Below are positions 1-11,541 of a stretch of 64,000 nt of DNA, one piece after another. How positions within the stretch are numbered: the stretch's first letter is position 1; each line of letters begins with the position of its first letter. A model generated the notes under the pieces. The model was given only the letters and a program-made list of their open reading frames with translations, was not told the origin of the DNA and did no database searches. This stretch comes from an uncultured delta proteobacterium (GTDB lineage: Bacteria; Desulfobacterota; Binatia; UBA9968): contig CAVSLC010000002.1 of assembly GCA_963728565.1 (NCBI GenBank), positions 32,001 through 96,000 of the forward strand. The letters run 5' to 3'. Position numbers and translations under genes: made by a program.

Positions 1-488
1 CGTTTCAGCTAAATTTGGTTGTCGGTGCACTCGCTAAGAGGTCAGAGAAGCGGCTTTTACGGCCAGGCTCTGAGAGCCTGCTGGATAATCAACCGGGGTG
101 AGTGTCCGGCGCGCCAAGCCTTCAGAATCGGGCTCAACGATGCGCCAGGATTCCTCCGCCTTCTAAAGCCCGTGACTGCCGAATCTCTACTTACGAATTT
201 TCTGGTTCATCATCTACGGTTCTGTCTAACGCGAAATTCCATGTTCACGCAAATTCGCACTGCTTTCCTGAAATTGAGTTCGCGGAAGGAGCAGTAGTAG
301 CCTGTCGTTTGACCAGGGACGGCGCCACGATGGTTGATTGCGCAGAGATTCTGAACCTATACTTATTCAGGAGAGGAGACGTCACGCCCAGAGCTTGCAA
401 TGATGTAGAACCGTGGCCGCTTCGAGTACCATCTGCCCACCGCAGCGTTTGCAATGTCCGTCTGAGGTGCTGCCTGCCTTATTCAGCG

Positions 489-700
489 ATGGTTCGACTC
501 GTCTGATTCTAATCCGGCACGGTCACATCGCAGCTAGTACCGGGGTCATGACACGCTCATGGCCGGATGGACCGACGTTCCGCTCAGCTCATGGGGGCGT
601 CTGGTAATTGAGCGACTCAAACGATATCTCGCACGCGGGCCACGCTTCGATGCCATTTATTCAAGTCCGCTTTCGCGCGCGAGTGAGACCGCGCCCGCTC
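489..700 (+). pseudogene. histidine phosphatase (PGM family) N-terminal fragment
   Basis: RLILIRHG motif in one frame, then GWTDVPLS...FDAIYSSPLSRASETA in the next; C-terminal half absent; boundaries approximate. Confidence 0.7.
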
Positions 701-1361
701 TGTCACTTGCGGTGGACCGTGAAATAGGACAGGTGCGTGAAGTACTCGAAACGCTTGCAGCCTCGCCGTACTTGGACTCGCAAGACTTTAAAGCTTTTTA
801 TGAGCTTAGTTCACGCGCAGCCAAAGAACACAACGATTCATCGATCGTTCTCTTGGATCGTTCGGGGCAACAAATCACGAATACATTGCGACCATTCGGA
901 GCCCCACTGCCGAGTGCAGTACAACATGCAAAAGAACCCCCCGCCGACGACATAGACCAGTTGCCTCAGGGCACACCAGAGACGGTGCAAAAAGTGATCG
1001 ACAGCGGCGAACCCGTTGTAACGGATCTCTTCATGGGAATCGTAATCAAGCGGCCGACCGTTTCAATCGCTGTTCCTGTAAAGTTTACCAGCGGTACCGA
1101 AGTGATATTGACGTCATCCTAATAGATCTTGGATTGCCCAAAGTTTCGGGTCTAGACGTGATTAGGACGATAAGAAAACTAAATGAAGATGTGAAGATCA
1201 TTGTTACGACTGGATATTTAGAACCAGAAGTGAAATCAAAACTCACCACAGCCGGAGTTAACGAATACATCCAAAAGCCTTACATCATACCCGATATTCT
1301 CGAACGTATATCGCATCATTTAAGCGTGAAGAATTCGTTTCCTGAACCAACCATTCACTAA
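700..1361 (+). pseudogene. remnant of a hybrid sensor kinase: Cache-like sensor fragment joined to a C-terminal receiver fragment
   Basis: LAVDREI..LETLAASPYL..IVLLDRSGQQITNTLRPFGAPLP..VTDLFMG..VSIAVPV, then from ~1080 in another frame VYQRYRSDIDVILIDLGLPKVSG..IVTTGY..YIQKPY; no kinase core between. Confidence 0.6.
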
Positions 1362-1754
1362 GAAATTAGGTGGCGGCGTTTTGATCCTGCTCTACGCAAA
1401 ATCTCTTTGGAGTTTCCGTGTGCCATTTTACTGAACCACGAAACTCCCGCGTTGTGTCAGTGAAGATTGCTCACTGCAGTGATGCAAGTCTCAAATGGCC
1501 AATCTTTTTGAGAAACGCGATTTTGGTTGGGGTGTTGATTCTTACGCTGCAGGGGTGGGCAGTTGGTTTCCGCGGACTCCACGACGCACGACAACTGGCA
1601 TTTTTTAATGCGCAGTGAAGCCATGGGTTGGATAAATCGCTTGTCAAAAACCGCGTAGCAACTTCTTTCCAGTTTTATCTCGCGGCTTATCTAGACTCAG
1701 TCTCATGCTTCCGTTACAGTCCAAGCAATTTCGCCATCTTGGAGGAGCAGAGTC

Positions 1755-4061
1755 ATGGAATTGGATGTGGTGGTTCTCTCAGGCTTTGTCGTTGCACTGA
1801 TTGCACCATGTCTTTATCGACTCGCACGCCAATCCACCGGCTGGCTATTGGCTCTTTTCCCTTCGATCCTGTTCGCTTATTTCCTGCAAAATCTCGAACT
1901 CGTCGCCCGAGGAGACGTGGTCCGTGTGTCGTATACTTGGGTAGGCAGCCTCGGCATGAATTTATCTTTTTATCTTGACGGGTTGAGTCTTCTCTTCGCG
2001 CTTCTCATAACCGGCATAGGTGCGCTTGTGCTGGTTTACGCCTGTGGCTACTTAAAAGACCATTCTCAACTGGGTAGATTCTACGGCTTCCTTTTGATGT
2101 TCATGGCGTCGATGCTCGGGGTAGTCCTCGCGGATAACACCCTCTGCTTATTTTTGTTTTGGGAGTTGACCAGCATCAGCTCGTTTCTCCTAATCGGTTT
2201 TGAGCACGAGAGTGAGACATCGCGCGCGTCGGCATTACAGGCCCTGCTGGTCACCAGCTTAGGCGGTCTGGCTCTACTGGGCGGCTTCCTCTTGCTTGGT
2301 GAAGCAGGCGGTAGCCGTGAGCTTTCGGTCTTAGCAGGACGGGGCGATGCGATTCGGGCGCACACTCTGTATGTGCCGATCCTTCTGCTAGTCCTCTTCG
2401 GCGCATTTACCAAGTCGGCACAATTCCCTTTTCATTTTTGGCTTCCCGCAGCGATGGAAGCGCCGACGCCCGTAAGCGCGTATTTGCACTCTGCGACCAT
2501 GGTCAAAGCCGGCGTTTACCTGCTCGCGCGAATGACTCCAGCGCTGGCGGAAACAACGCTTTGGACTGGCGCGGTGACTGCTGCCGGCGGTTTCACAATG
2601 CTGTTTGCCGCCGTTATCGCGTTTCGCCAGAGCGATCTGAAGCTCATCCTGGCTTATTCGACTATCAGCGCGCTCGGAATCATGATTCTGCTGGTCGGTC
2701 TTGGCACAGCCACAGCCATCGAAGCGATGATTGTATTCTTGTTGGGCCATGCGCTCTACAAAGGCGCATTATTCATGCTTGCCGGTGCCATTGATCATGA
2801 AACCGGCACTCGCGACGTTAACCGCCTGAGCGGTCTTCGCAGCGCCATGCCGGCAAGCGCGGCCGTAGGTCTTGTTGCCGCGTTATCAATGGCGGCTGTG
2901 CCGGCATTGTTCGGCTTTTATGGAAAAGAATTACTGTACGAAACTCTTGCCGGGCGAGAGAATGGGGCGGTGCTGCTGATTGCATCAGTGGTGACCAGCA
3001 TGATTTTTGTCGCTGTGGCGATCCTAGCGGGCATTAAACCGTTTGCCGGCCAGCAAGTCTCAACGCCCAGGCACGCTCATGAAGCGCCTAGCAGCCTTCT
3101 ACTTGGACCGCTGGTACTTGCCGGCACCAGTATTATTTTAGGGATCCTGCCGTCGATTATCGATGCGTCAGTTCTGCTGGCGGCAACACAGGCCGTCCTC
3201 AGAAAACCAGTTTCCCTGGAGCTGGCGCTCTGGCATGGTCTCAATCCAATCTTTCTCTTGAGCATGGGGACTTTGGCTTGCGGCACCGCCCTATTTGTTT
3301 TTCGAGATTGGCTGCTTCGAATCTTTACCCCCCTGGACGCGCTGCGCGACTGGGGGCCCAAGTATGGTTACAGCCTGGCGCTAGCGGGCCTGAATACCAT
3401 CGCCAAGACGCAAACGCGTTTCTTGCAAAGCGGTTATCTTCGCTACTACCTGCTGATCGTTATTCTTACAGCAACCATTCTGTCCAGCTACAAGCTGCTG
3501 CAGCACATCGGATCAGACACTCTGGGGCCCTCGATGGACGTTTCTTTCTACGAGGCGGCGCTGGCGGTGCTCATCCTGCTGGCTGCGTTCATGGCAACGC
3601 AGGCGGCATCACGGCTGGCGGCGATTGCGGCTCTCGGGGTGGTGGGCTTCAGCGTTGCCCTAGTATTTGTTGTGTTCAGCGCTCCCGATCTGGCGATGAC
3701 GCAGTTTTCGATCGAGACCTTGACGGTGATTGTCTTCGTTCTGGCGCTTTATCATCTACCGCGTTTTGCCCGCCTCTCCAGCGCCTGGACACGGGCGCGT
3801 GACGCCTCCTTTGCTTTGGTGGCCGGCGCACTCATCACAGTGATGATGCTAACCGCCAGCGGAGTACAGCTGCATCCGAAGATATCTACCTACTTTATCA
3901 ATAATAGCGTTCCTCTAGCCCATGGTCGCAACATCGTCAATGTCATTCTCGTAGACTTTCGCGGACTGGATACGCTTGGCGAGATTACCGTGTTGGCGAT
4001 CGCCGCGCTTGGGGTTTATGCGCTGCTAAAACTCCGCCTCGATAAGGACGAAAGCAAGTGA
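1755..4061 (+). CDS. mrpA: Mrp/Mnh Na+/H+ antiporter subunit A
   Basis: 768 aa NuoL-like; [49 protein letters not shown]-terminal [20 protein letters not shown]. Confidence 0.97.
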   Translation: MELDVVVLSGFVVALIAPCLYRLARQSTGWLLALFPSILFAYFLQNLELVARGDVVRVSYTWVGSLGMNLSFYLDGLSLLFALLITGIGALVLVYACGYLKDHSQLGRFYGFLLMFMASMLGVVLADNTLCLFLFWELTSISSFLLIGFEHESETSRASALQALLVTSLGGLALLGGFLLLGEAGGSRELSVLAGRGDAIRAHTLYVPILLLVLFGAFTKSAQFPFHFWLPAAMEAPTPVSAYLHSATMVKAGVYLLARMTPALAETTLWTGAVTAAGGFTMLFAAVIAFRQSDLKLILAYSTISALGIMILLVGLGTATAIEAMIVFLLGHALYKGALFMLAGAIDHETGTRDVNRLSGLRSAMPASAAVGLVAALSMAAVPALFGFYGKELLYETLAGRENGAVLLIASVVTSMIFVAVAILAGIKPFAGQQVSTPRHAHEAPSSLLLGPLVLAGTSIILGILPSIIDASVLLAATQAVLRKPVSLELALWHGLNPIFLLSMGTLACGTALFVFRDWLLRIFTPLDALRDWGPKYGYSLALAGLNTIAKTQTRFLQSGYLRYYLLIVILTATILSSYKLLQHIGSDTLGPSMDVSFYEAALAVLILLAAFMATQAASRLAAIAALGVVGFSVALVFVVFSAPDLAMTQFSIETLTVIVFVLALYHLPRFARLSSAWTRARDASFALVAGALITVMMLTASGVQLHPKISTYFINNSVPLAHGRNIVNVILVDFRGLDTLGEITVLAIAALGVYALLKLRLDKDESK

Positions 4062-4471
4062 CGTCACTTATATTATCGACCGCGAGTCGTCTCCTGTTGC
4101 CGCTTTTTTTGACGTTTTCAATATTCATCCTTCTGCGCGGCCATAATGAGCCGGGAGGCGGATTTGTTGGCGGTCTGATCGCGGCAGCCGCCTTCGCGTT
4201 GCACGCCATAGCCTATGATGTCGAGAAAACCCGAACCCTGTTGGCTATCAATCCCCGCGGTCTCATCGTACTGGGTCTCTTCTTGGCGATGAGCAGCGGC
4301 ATGATTTCACTTTTCATCGGAGAACCTTTCCTTACCGGTCAGTGGGTGAAAATAAGCTTTGGGTCCATCGGTGAACTGGATCTCGGCACGCCGTTGTTCT
4401 TCGATATCGGTGTCTATCTCACGGTGATCGGCGTCACCCTGACTATCATTCTATCGCTAGCGGAGGAGTAG
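4058..4471 (+). CDS. mrpB: Mrp antiporter subunit B
   Basis: [15 protein letters not shown] and FDIGVYL motifs; GTGA overlap with mrpA. Confidence 0.96.
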   Translation: MTSLILSTASRLLLPLFLTFSIFILLRGHNEPGGGFVGGLIAAAAFALHAIAYDVEKTRTLLAINPRGLIVLGLFLAMSSGMISLFIGEPFLTGQWVKISFGSIGELDLGTPLFFDIGVYLTVIGVTLTIILSLAEE

Positions 4472-4474
4472 GTT

Positions 4475-4810
4475 CTGGAGTTTTTACTGGCATTCGTGGT
4501 TGGCGGCTTATATGCCGCGGGTCTTTACATGATGCTGCGCAGAAGCATCGTAAAGCTCATCATTGGCCTGGCTCTATTCGGTCACGCGGCTAATCTCTTG
4601 ATCTTCACGGTGGCCGGATTGACTCGAGCGCAACCGCCGATCCTTTCGAATCCCGCTGCACCCGTTGCCGATCCGCTGCCGCAGGCGCTGATCCTCACTG
4701 CGATCGTCATAGGCTTCGGCGTGCAGGCCTTCGCCCTGGTATTGATTCACCGCGTCGTCCAAACCGTCGGCGCGGACGATCTCGATCGGATGAAAACGAC
4801 CGACACATGA
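4475..4810 (+). CDS. mrpC: Mrp antiporter subunit C
   Basis: [18 protein letters not shown] motif; start placed at CTG 4475 behind GGAGGAG (ORF track uses GTG 4496). Confidence 0.94.
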   Translation: MEFLLAFVVGGLYAAGLYMMLRRSIVKLIIGLALFGHAANLLIFTVAGLTRAQPPILSNPAAPVADPLPQALILTAIVIGFGVQAFALVLIHRVVQTVGADDLDRMKTTDT

Positions 4811-6318
4811 ATCTCCCTGTGATAATGCCGCTGCTGATTCCGCTCTCGACGGCGATCCTGTCCCTGCTGCCGTGGAAATCACCGAAAATCGGCCGCTTGT
4901 TGAGCATTGCCGGCGCGCTGTTGCTGCTCACGGACGCGGTCTGGCTGCTCGCGACCGTGTGGCGGGACGGCATTCAAGTCTCGGCTATAGGGAATTGGCC
5001 GGCGCCGGTCGGCATCGTCTTCGTCGCCGATCTCTTTAGCGCGATGATGATATTGATCACCGGTATCATGGGTTTTGCCGTGATCCTCTACTCTCTTGTC
5101 ACAATCGGGCCCGGGCGAGAATCCTTCGGTTATTATCCTTTGCTCCAGTTTTTGCTGCTGGGGGTCTGCGGCGCTTTTCTCACCGGAGATCTTTTCAATC
5201 TCTACGTCTGGTTTGAAGTCATGCTGATGGCATCCTTTGTCTTGCTCGCGCTTGGCGGTGAGCGGCCGCAGATGGAAGGCGCCATTAAATACGTAACTCT
5301 CAATCTGATTGCATCGGCAATCTTTCTTGCTGCGGTGGGTCTTTTGTACGGCGCCGTAGGAACATTGAACATGGCCGATCTGGCGCAAAAGCTCAGAGAA
5401 CCCGCAGCAGCAGACTTCATCACCACCATCGCCATGCTGTTCCTGGTGGCGTTCGGCATAAAGGCCGGCATTTTCCCACTGTTTTTTTGGCTGCCGGCGT
5501 CGTACCACACGCCGCCAGTGGCTGTCTCGGCGATTTTCGCCGCGCTGCTGACCAAGGTCGGCGTCTATGCGATGATTCGCGTCTTCACGTTGATCTTCGT
5601 CCATGACATTAACTACACGCATACGGTAATTCTCATTCTTGCCGGCTTGACCATGGTCACCGGAGTGTTAGGAGCGATAGCTCAGAACGAGGTTCGCCGT
5701 CTGCTTTCCTTTCACATCATCAGCCAGATCGGCTATATGATCATGGGGTTGGGGCTGTTTACGCCACTGGCGATTGCCGGCGCCATTTACTACATCATCC
5801 ACAATATTCTGGCTAAAACTAACTTGTTTCTCATCAGCGGCGTCGCCCATTTTTTACATGGCACGTATGAGTTGAAAAAACTCGGCGGGCTTTACCAAAG
5901 GACTCCGTTGCTGGCCGCGTTGTTTCTTATCTCGGCATTGTCCCTGGCAGGGGTGCCGCCTCTTTCCGGCTTCTTCGGCAAATTAACTCTGGCGCAAGCC
6001 GGCATCGAGAGCGAACAATACGCGATCGTCGCCGTTGCCTTAGCAGTAGGGTTGTTAACTTTGTTTTCGATGACAAAGATCTGGCTCGAAGCATTTTGGA
6101 AAGCGCCGCCGCCGTCCTGGTCAGAGGCCGCCGCAGCCAAAGCGTTCAGATCACCGACGACTTACTACCTGCTGCTGCTTCCGGTGGTTTTGCTGGCGCT
6201 GATGACTGTGCTTCTTGGATTGGGAGCGGAAGCCATGCTGGTCCTATCGCTACGGGCCGCCGAGCAGTTGATGGATCCAGGCCAGTATATTCAAGCCGTG
6301 CTAGGTAAAAGAACATAA
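4807..6318 (+). CDS. mrpD: Mrp antiporter subunit D
   Basis: 503 aa NuoM/N-like; [43 protein letters not shown]. Confidence 0.96.
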   Translation: MNLPVIMPLLIPLSTAILSLLPWKSPKIGRLLSIAGALLLLTDAVWLLATVWRDGIQVSAIGNWPAPVGIVFVADLFSAMMILITGIMGFAVILYSLVTIGPGRESFGYYPLLQFLLLGVCGAFLTGDLFNLYVWFEVMLMASFVLLALGGERPQMEGAIKYVTLNLIASAIFLAAVGLLYGAVGTLNMADLAQKLREPAAADFITTIAMLFLVAFGIKAGIFPLFFWLPASYHTPPVAVSAIFAALLTKVGVYAMIRVFTLIFVHDINYTHTVILILAGLTMVTGVLGAIAQNEVRRLLSFHIISQIGYMIMGLGLFTPLAIAGAIYYIIHNILAKTNLFLISGVAHFLHGTYELKKLGGLYQRTPLLAALFLISALSLAGVPPLSGFFGKLTLAQAGIESEQYAIVAVALAVGLLTLFSMTKIWLEAFWKAPPPSWSEAAAAKAFRSPTTYYLLLLPVVLLALMTVLLGLGAEAMLVLSLRAAEQLMDPGQYIQAVLGKRT

Positions 6319-6320
6319 GC

Positions 6321-6509
6321 ATGTTCGTCTGTATCTTGATTTCGCTGGCGCGGCTGTGTTCACCGAGGAAGGGCAGGCACGCTGAGACTGACGACGTTCA
6401 GCGATCGGGGAACACGTATGCTCATTCGCTTTTTCGTCAGCGGCATCGCCTAGACCCGCCGCCGCTTCTACAAGGGCTGGATCGGCCGTACTGGAGGTTT
6501 TTGCGATGA
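6321..6509 (+). pseudogene. mrpE: eroded, internally deleted mrpE copy at the canonical position
   Basis: shares ATGTTCGTCTG start with the 7295 mrpE; YAHSLF vs YIHALY; end QGLDR..LEVLR* vs [12 protein letters not shown]; stop overlaps mrpF start (ATGA). Confidence 0.7.
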
Positions 6510-6784
6510 TTGTTTCTCCCTTCGAGTCCTGGGCCGGCAGCATCGCGCTTGTGTTATTGAGCAGCGCGCTTTTTCTCGGGTTCTATCGGCTGGCGCGGGG
6601 ACCTAGCCTTCCCGACCGGGTCGTCGCGCTCGACCTGATCGCGACGATCTCGGTCGGCTTTATCGGGGTGTACAGCATCATGACCAAGCAACCGGTGTTT
6701 ATGGATGTCGCTATCGTGCTGGCGTTGATCGCTTTTCTCGGCACTGTGGCCTTTGCCCGCTACTTGGAGAAAGGAGTCTCGTGA
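6506..6784 (+). CDS. mrpF: Mrp antiporter subunit F
   Basis: RLARGPSLPDRVVALD and AFLGTVAFARYLEKG. Confidence 0.95.
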   Translation: MIVSPFESWAGSIALVLLSSALFLGFYRLARGPSLPDRVVALDLIATISVGFIGVYSIMTKQPVFMDVAIVLALIAFLGTVAFARYLEKGVS

Positions 6785-7200
6785 TGAAAGAAACCATCAC
6801 TTCGTCATTGATGTTGACCGGCGCCATATTCGCGTTTCTCTCCGCCCTGGGTATTCTGCGCTTTCCGGATTTGTTCTCGCGCATGCAAGCGGCCACTAAA
6901 GGTTCGGCGTTCGGCGTGACCTGCCTCCTGCTGGCCGTTGCGGTTCACTTTGCCGAACTGGGCATCGCCACGCGCGCGATCGTGACGATCTTTTTTGTCC
7001 TCCTCACCGCGCCGGTGGCGGCGCATATGATCGGCCGCGCGGCCTACTTTGTCGGTGTTCCGCTCTGGTCGGGCACGATCACCGACGAGCTGAAAGGCCG
7101 CTACGACATGCGCACACATGCTCTAAGCAGTAGTGATCGGCCGCCTAGCGCCAACGCATCCGTTGACCAGCAGGAATCCGGGCCGAAACAGACCGATTAG
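6781..7200 (+). CDS. mrpG: Mrp antiporter subunit G
   Basis: GILRFPDLFSRMQAATK and LTAPVAAHMIGRAAY. Confidence 0.95.
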   Translation: MMKETITSSLMLTGAIFAFLSALGILRFPDLFSRMQAATKGSAFGVTCLLLAVAVHFAELGIATRAIVTIFFVLLTAPVAAHMIGRAAYFVGVPLWSGTITDELKGRYDMRTHALSSSDRPPSANASVDQQESGPKQTD

Positions 7201-7294
7201 ATAAACGTTTGGTCATGCGTACCTGATTAAAAAATAATCAGCTGATGCCGCATGCTTGTGAATACGGGACCACCGATACGAAGGACAACTCACC

Positions 7295-7762
7295 ATGTTC
7301 GTCTGGAATCTCTTGCTGGCGCTGGGGTGGGCGGCCACTAGCGGCGATTTTACCCTGGTGAATGTTTCGATCGGGTTCGTCGTTGGGTATGGCATACTTT
7401 ACCTGGCGCAACGCATTACCGGTCGCTCCAGATACAGTACCAAAGTCGCTCAGCTAATCGGCTTTATCGGTTATTATATTTGGCTGTTTATTCTGGCGAA
7501 TTTACGCATCGCTTACGACATTATCACGCCGAGATTCCAGATCAGACCCGGCGTTATTGCCATTCCCTTGGAGGCAAAGACCGACCTGGAAATCGTCATG
7601 CTGGCTAACTTGTTAACCCTTACACCGGGAACTATCAGCCTCGATGTTTCCACCGACCGACGGTTTCTTTATATTCATGCTCTTTACATTGACGAGGTGG
7701 AGAAGGTGCGCCGCGACATCAAACAAGGGTTGGAACGGCGCCTGCTCCAAGTCATGCGATAG
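7295..7762 (+). CDS. mrpE: Mrp antiporter subunit E
   Basis: [32 protein letters not shown]; GAAGGA SD upstream. Confidence 0.95.
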   Translation: MFVWNLLLALGWAATSGDFTLVNVSIGFVVGYGILYLAQRITGRSRYSTKVAQLIGFIGYYIWLFILANLRIAYDIITPRFQIRPGVIAIPLEAKTDLEIVMLANLLTLTPGTISLDVSTDRRFLYIHALYIDEVEKVRRDIKQGLERRLLQVMR

Positions 7763-7972
7763 CAATAGAAGAACACCATTACGCGTAAGGCGCGAACGAA
7801 TAGAATCTGCCCGTGAATGCGTGCAGTTCGAGGGTGGTTTGCCGACTGCTCCCCATGAGGCACAGCAACGGTTACCACAGAGCTCGTTAGGCACGAGATT
7901 CTTTACGGCTGTAGCGCCAAACGTTGAAGTTGGCAGGAGTGTCCTGCAGATAGCCGAGCGGCCCTTTATTCA

Positions 7973-8667
7973 TCAGCCCTTTCCAGGTTCCGAATCATAA
8001 ACATAAAGCGTCTTTGGCAGCTCCGCTTCGGCTTCGCTGCGGCGCGGGTTGGGATAGCGTAACGCCTGCCAGCAGAGCCAGAGCAGCGGTAAAGCTCCGC
8101 CAACTATGAAAAGAGCGTCGCCCGGCAGGCGCGCCCATTCGAGAACATTCACCCAGCGCAGATTGAGAAAAGCGAGGCTGCGCGCGTACCAGTAGCCTAT
8201 GTCCACGGCATAATAGAGCTGGACAATGCCGAGCGGGAAGAGATTGACAAATGCCATCCATGCCAAGCCGATATGCAGGGACCAGAAGGATATTTTTGCG
8301 GCGCGATCGCTCCATCTGTCCGGATGGGTTAGATAACGCAAACAGAAGAGCAAGAGCCCGACCGCCAGTGATGAGGAACTCGGAAGTGTTGTGAAGGTAC
8401 TCCGCGGTGAAGTCCGGTCCCAGATAAGCGTCATGACCGTACGCCGAGCCGTACTCCATTACCCCGTAGCGCTGGAAAACGTTCATGCCGCCGACAATAT
8501 CATCGCGGGTAAACAGGACCTTGTTCTCCGCCAGGACTCTGGCGGGGATGGATGGTTGGTCACGATAGACGAGATAGGCGAGGAGCCCGAGCACGGTAAA
8601 ACCGAGGAGATAAGTCAGCACTGCTCCCTGAAACCAAAGAGACGAACGGCATCGATTCTCGCGGCAT
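7973..8667 (-). pseudogene. quinol-dependent nitric oxide reductase (qNor, NorZ/NorB large form), internally deleted
   Basis: N-terminal piece VYRDQPSIP..FTRDDIVGG..FQRYGVMEYGSAYGHDAYLGPDFTAEYLH joined near 8370 to C-terminal piece SFWSLHIGL..FPLGIVQL..GYWYARS..LEWARLPGD; catalytic core absent; frameshift near start. Confidence 0.85.
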
Positions 8668-8876
8668 AATCTGACACCTCTCTGTCTTGTCCTTATATGA
8701 TTTTCAATTTGCAGGACGCGGATCTGACTCTGCGCTTTCCAATATCTGGTACTTAAAAAATCCCAGACGCCGAGCCGTAGATCTCATCGCGACTGACTCT
8801 AGAATACAGCACAACGAGCCATGTAGAGTCCAATCATTGGATCGGCAGTTAGAGCAAGCTGGCAGCTCCATCTGTT

Positions 8877-9876
8877 TTAGACACCTTTAAACAGCAGAAA
8901 AGCGGTCAGACTGTAAAGAGCGACAATGGTCATGGCATCCCAGGACAGGAAGAACCGCTTTCTCGCTGACCTGAAAGTCAGCCCTATGATCGCTACCGCA
9001 GTCATCGCCATCGTGCCGATGACGCTGACGACGTGATTTCCGGAAACGTAATTCAGCAGTGGACCGTTGGTATAGAAAAAATCGTCTATGCGCTAGAATG
9101 TTTACATTGAAGAGGTTGCTGCCAAGGAGATTCCCCACAGCCATGTCGATGGCGCCGATCCGATAAGCGGCATAAGACACAGTCAGCTCAGGAAGCGTCG
9201 TCGCAATCGCGATAAAAATACTCCCGACAAACGACTCTCCAAGCCCGGTTTGCGCCGCGATTTTGTCACCGATCAGCGGCAGAAAGATAGCTGCCGCGAC
9301 AATCAGTGTGGCATGGATTGCGAACCATCCATAAGCCTGCATTCTCGAGATTTTTTCGTACCGGGCTTCTTCGAACTCTTTGACAAATTCCGCCACGCGC
9401 CTTTGCTCATAAGAAAAAAGCGCTTTCATGGATACTAAGTAAATCCCCAATAACACGAAACTGTATGTGCCGATCCAGGCAATTGCGCCGAATGCTTTAC
9501 CAGACGCCAAGCTCAAGCCGACTACTCCGAGCATCAATATTGAAAGTCCGGCGGACAAGACATGGCCCTGGTGCGCTCTTGCCGAAACCGGCGTTGAACC
9601 TCCGATCAGGTCGAGAAAGGCGATTGTCAGCATGTTGAGCATGCAGGCCCCAACCACGTTGCCGGCGGCAATATCGGGAACATCGAACAACAAAACAGAG
9701 CTGACACCGGTGAAGAGCTCGGGTAAAGAGGTGACCGTCGCCAGCAGGACTATGCCAATCCATGTTCTACCCAACCCAGTCTTCTCGGCGATAATGTCCC
9801 CGTAACGAGTCAGCCGGCTTCCGGCAAAAGTGATAACGGCTGCGCACAAAATAAATTGAAGCCAGGTAATCAGCAT
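8877..9876 (-). CDS. sodium:calcium antiporter (CaCA/YrbG family), one frameshift near 9090
   Basis: alpha repeats ATVTSLPEL and ATTLPEL, GNVVGA / GNLLGSNLFN; C-terminus IDDFFYTNGPLL...LLFKGV* continues in a shifted frame. Confidence 0.88.
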
Positions 9877-10168
9877 AATCTTACCCCGCAATCATAGAGA
9901 ACAATCGGACTTGTCCTCGGCCATTATCCAAACTCCCTGCCTAATTGCAGAGCTACACGGGAGGTCTGAAATGATTCGCTTCTCTCGCTAAACTTTTCGC
10001 GAGTTGTCTTGCTGCTAGTGAATGGATTTCATCAAAGCCGGGTTTCGATGCAGCTCGCGTAGATTTGATTCTCACCGCCGCCGCGCTCGCTTGCTGGCCG
10101 CGGGTAGAACTGACGATCGCGCTGCCGACTTCGCAACGCACTTTGCTTTAGAGGAAGCTCGCAACGCC

Positions 10169-10534
10169 TCATTCTTTGGATGATCGGTCTTCGGCATCAA
10201 ACGAATCGTTAGCGCGGCAGGGCCCCAGCACCGTCATCAGGATGATGGCGCGCCGCAGATCGCGACGGCTTCGGAAAAGTGATCTCTTGATGGATTGATT
10301 CCTCCTGGACAGTAAAGTCTGGGGAATTCTGGGAGGAGGCATTCGTTCGCTTGAAGAAGCGACGACTTCGGTGGGCGGCGCTTTGGCGAATGTTCGAGGT
10401 GCAGGTTGCGGAGGCAGTCTCCTCGGAGCCTGGCTCTCGAAACGGCGCTGCATTCGCTGCAGCAGCCAGTTGAGTAACGGAAACAAGATGAACGCGAGGA
10501 TGACCAGAATTTGTGTGAACGGGATATCCTGCAT
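10169..10534 (-). CDS. small membrane-anchored protein, third gene of nfeD-floA operon (YqfB-like position)
   Basis: N-terminal TM helix, Pro-rich linker, C-terminal RRDLRRAIILMTVLGPCRA; GGAGAGG SD. Confidence 0.7.
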   Translation of the reverse strand: MQDIPFTQILVILAFILFPLLNWLLQRMQRRFESQAPRRLPPQPAPRTFAKAPPTEVVASSSERMPPPRIPQTLLSRRNQSIKRSLFRSRRDLRRAIILMTVLGPCRANDSFDAEDRSSKE

Positions 10535-10544
10535 AACCTCTCCT

Positions 10545-11525
10545 CTATCTCCGTTGACCGCCTGGAGGTTCTTCTCCGGTTTCGGCGATCGAACCACGCA
10601 TGGCTGTATCGGCCTGAACATTCTTCATTTTGTAGTAGTCCATTATGCCGAGATTTCCCTGGCGAAACGCCTCGGCCATGGCGCGCGGCACCTCCGCCTC
10701 GGCTTCGACCACCCGGGCGCGCATCTCCTGCTCCAAGGCAACGGCCATAGCGCGACGCTCTTCCGCCTTGGCCTGGGCGATCTGCTTATCGGCGTCGGCC
10801 TGATCGATTTGCAGCTTCGCGCCGATGTTCTGACCGACGTCGACGTCGGCGATATCGATCGATAGGATCTCGTAGGCCGTTCCCGCATCCAGTCCCCTGC
10901 TCAGGATATTTTTGGAAATGTGATCGGGATTCTCCAGCACAGCCTTGTGCGATGCTGCCGAGCCGATGGTGCTCACCATGCCCTCGCCGACGCGCGCGAT
11001 GACCGTCTCCTCGCCGGCGCCGCCGACCAGCCGGTCGATGTTGGTGCGAACCGTCACGCGAGAGACCGCGATCAGCTGGATGCCGTCCTTGGCGACCGCG
11101 GCGATCTTCGGCGTCTCGATGACTTTCGGAATGACCGACATCTTGACCGCTTCGAGCACATCGCGCCCGGCCAGATCGATGGCGGCGGCGCGTTTGAACG
11201 GCAGCGGAATGTTCGCCTTATCCGCCGAGATCATGGCGTTGACCAGCCTGACGACATTGCCGCCCGCCAAAAAATGCGCCTCGAGATCGTTGAGCGGGAT
11301 ATTGAGGCCGGCTTTGACCGCGCTGATGCGCGCGGTAACGACGGTTCCCGGCGGCACCCGCCGAAGTCTCATGCCGATGAGAGTGAGAAGTCCGACGTAG
11401 GCGCCGGAAGCCCAGGCGGCAATCCAGAGCGGAATCGGAACCAGATACAACACAAAGACGATCGCCACCAACAGCGCCAAGAGGACGACGAATCCTCCCG
11501 CTATACCGGTTTCGGCTCCGAACAT
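10545..11525 (-). CDS. floA: flotillin-like protein FloA (YqfA/UPF0365)
   Basis: [60 protein letters not shown]. Confidence 0.95.
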   Translation of the reverse strand: MFGAETGIAGGFVVLLALLVAIVFVLYLVPIPLWIAAWASGAYVGLLTLIGMRLRRVPPGTVVTARISAVKAGLNIPLNDLEAHFLAGGNVVRLVNAMISADKANIPLPFKRAAAIDLAGRDVLEAVKMSVIPKVIETPKIAAVAKDGIQLIAVSRVTVRTNIDRLVGGAGEETVIARVGEGMVSTIGSAASHKAVLENPDHISKNILSRGLDAGTAYEILSIDIADVDVGQNIGAKLQIDQADADKQIAQAKAEERRAMAVALEQEMRARVVEAEAEVPRAMAEAFRQGNLGIMDYYKMKNVQADTAMRGSIAETGEEPPGGQRR

Positions 11526-11541
11526 TTTCCACCCCTTTCGG

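Noticed and set aside
1-488. Short overlapping ORFs at the window start
   Set aside because: No motifs, SD or coding-like composition
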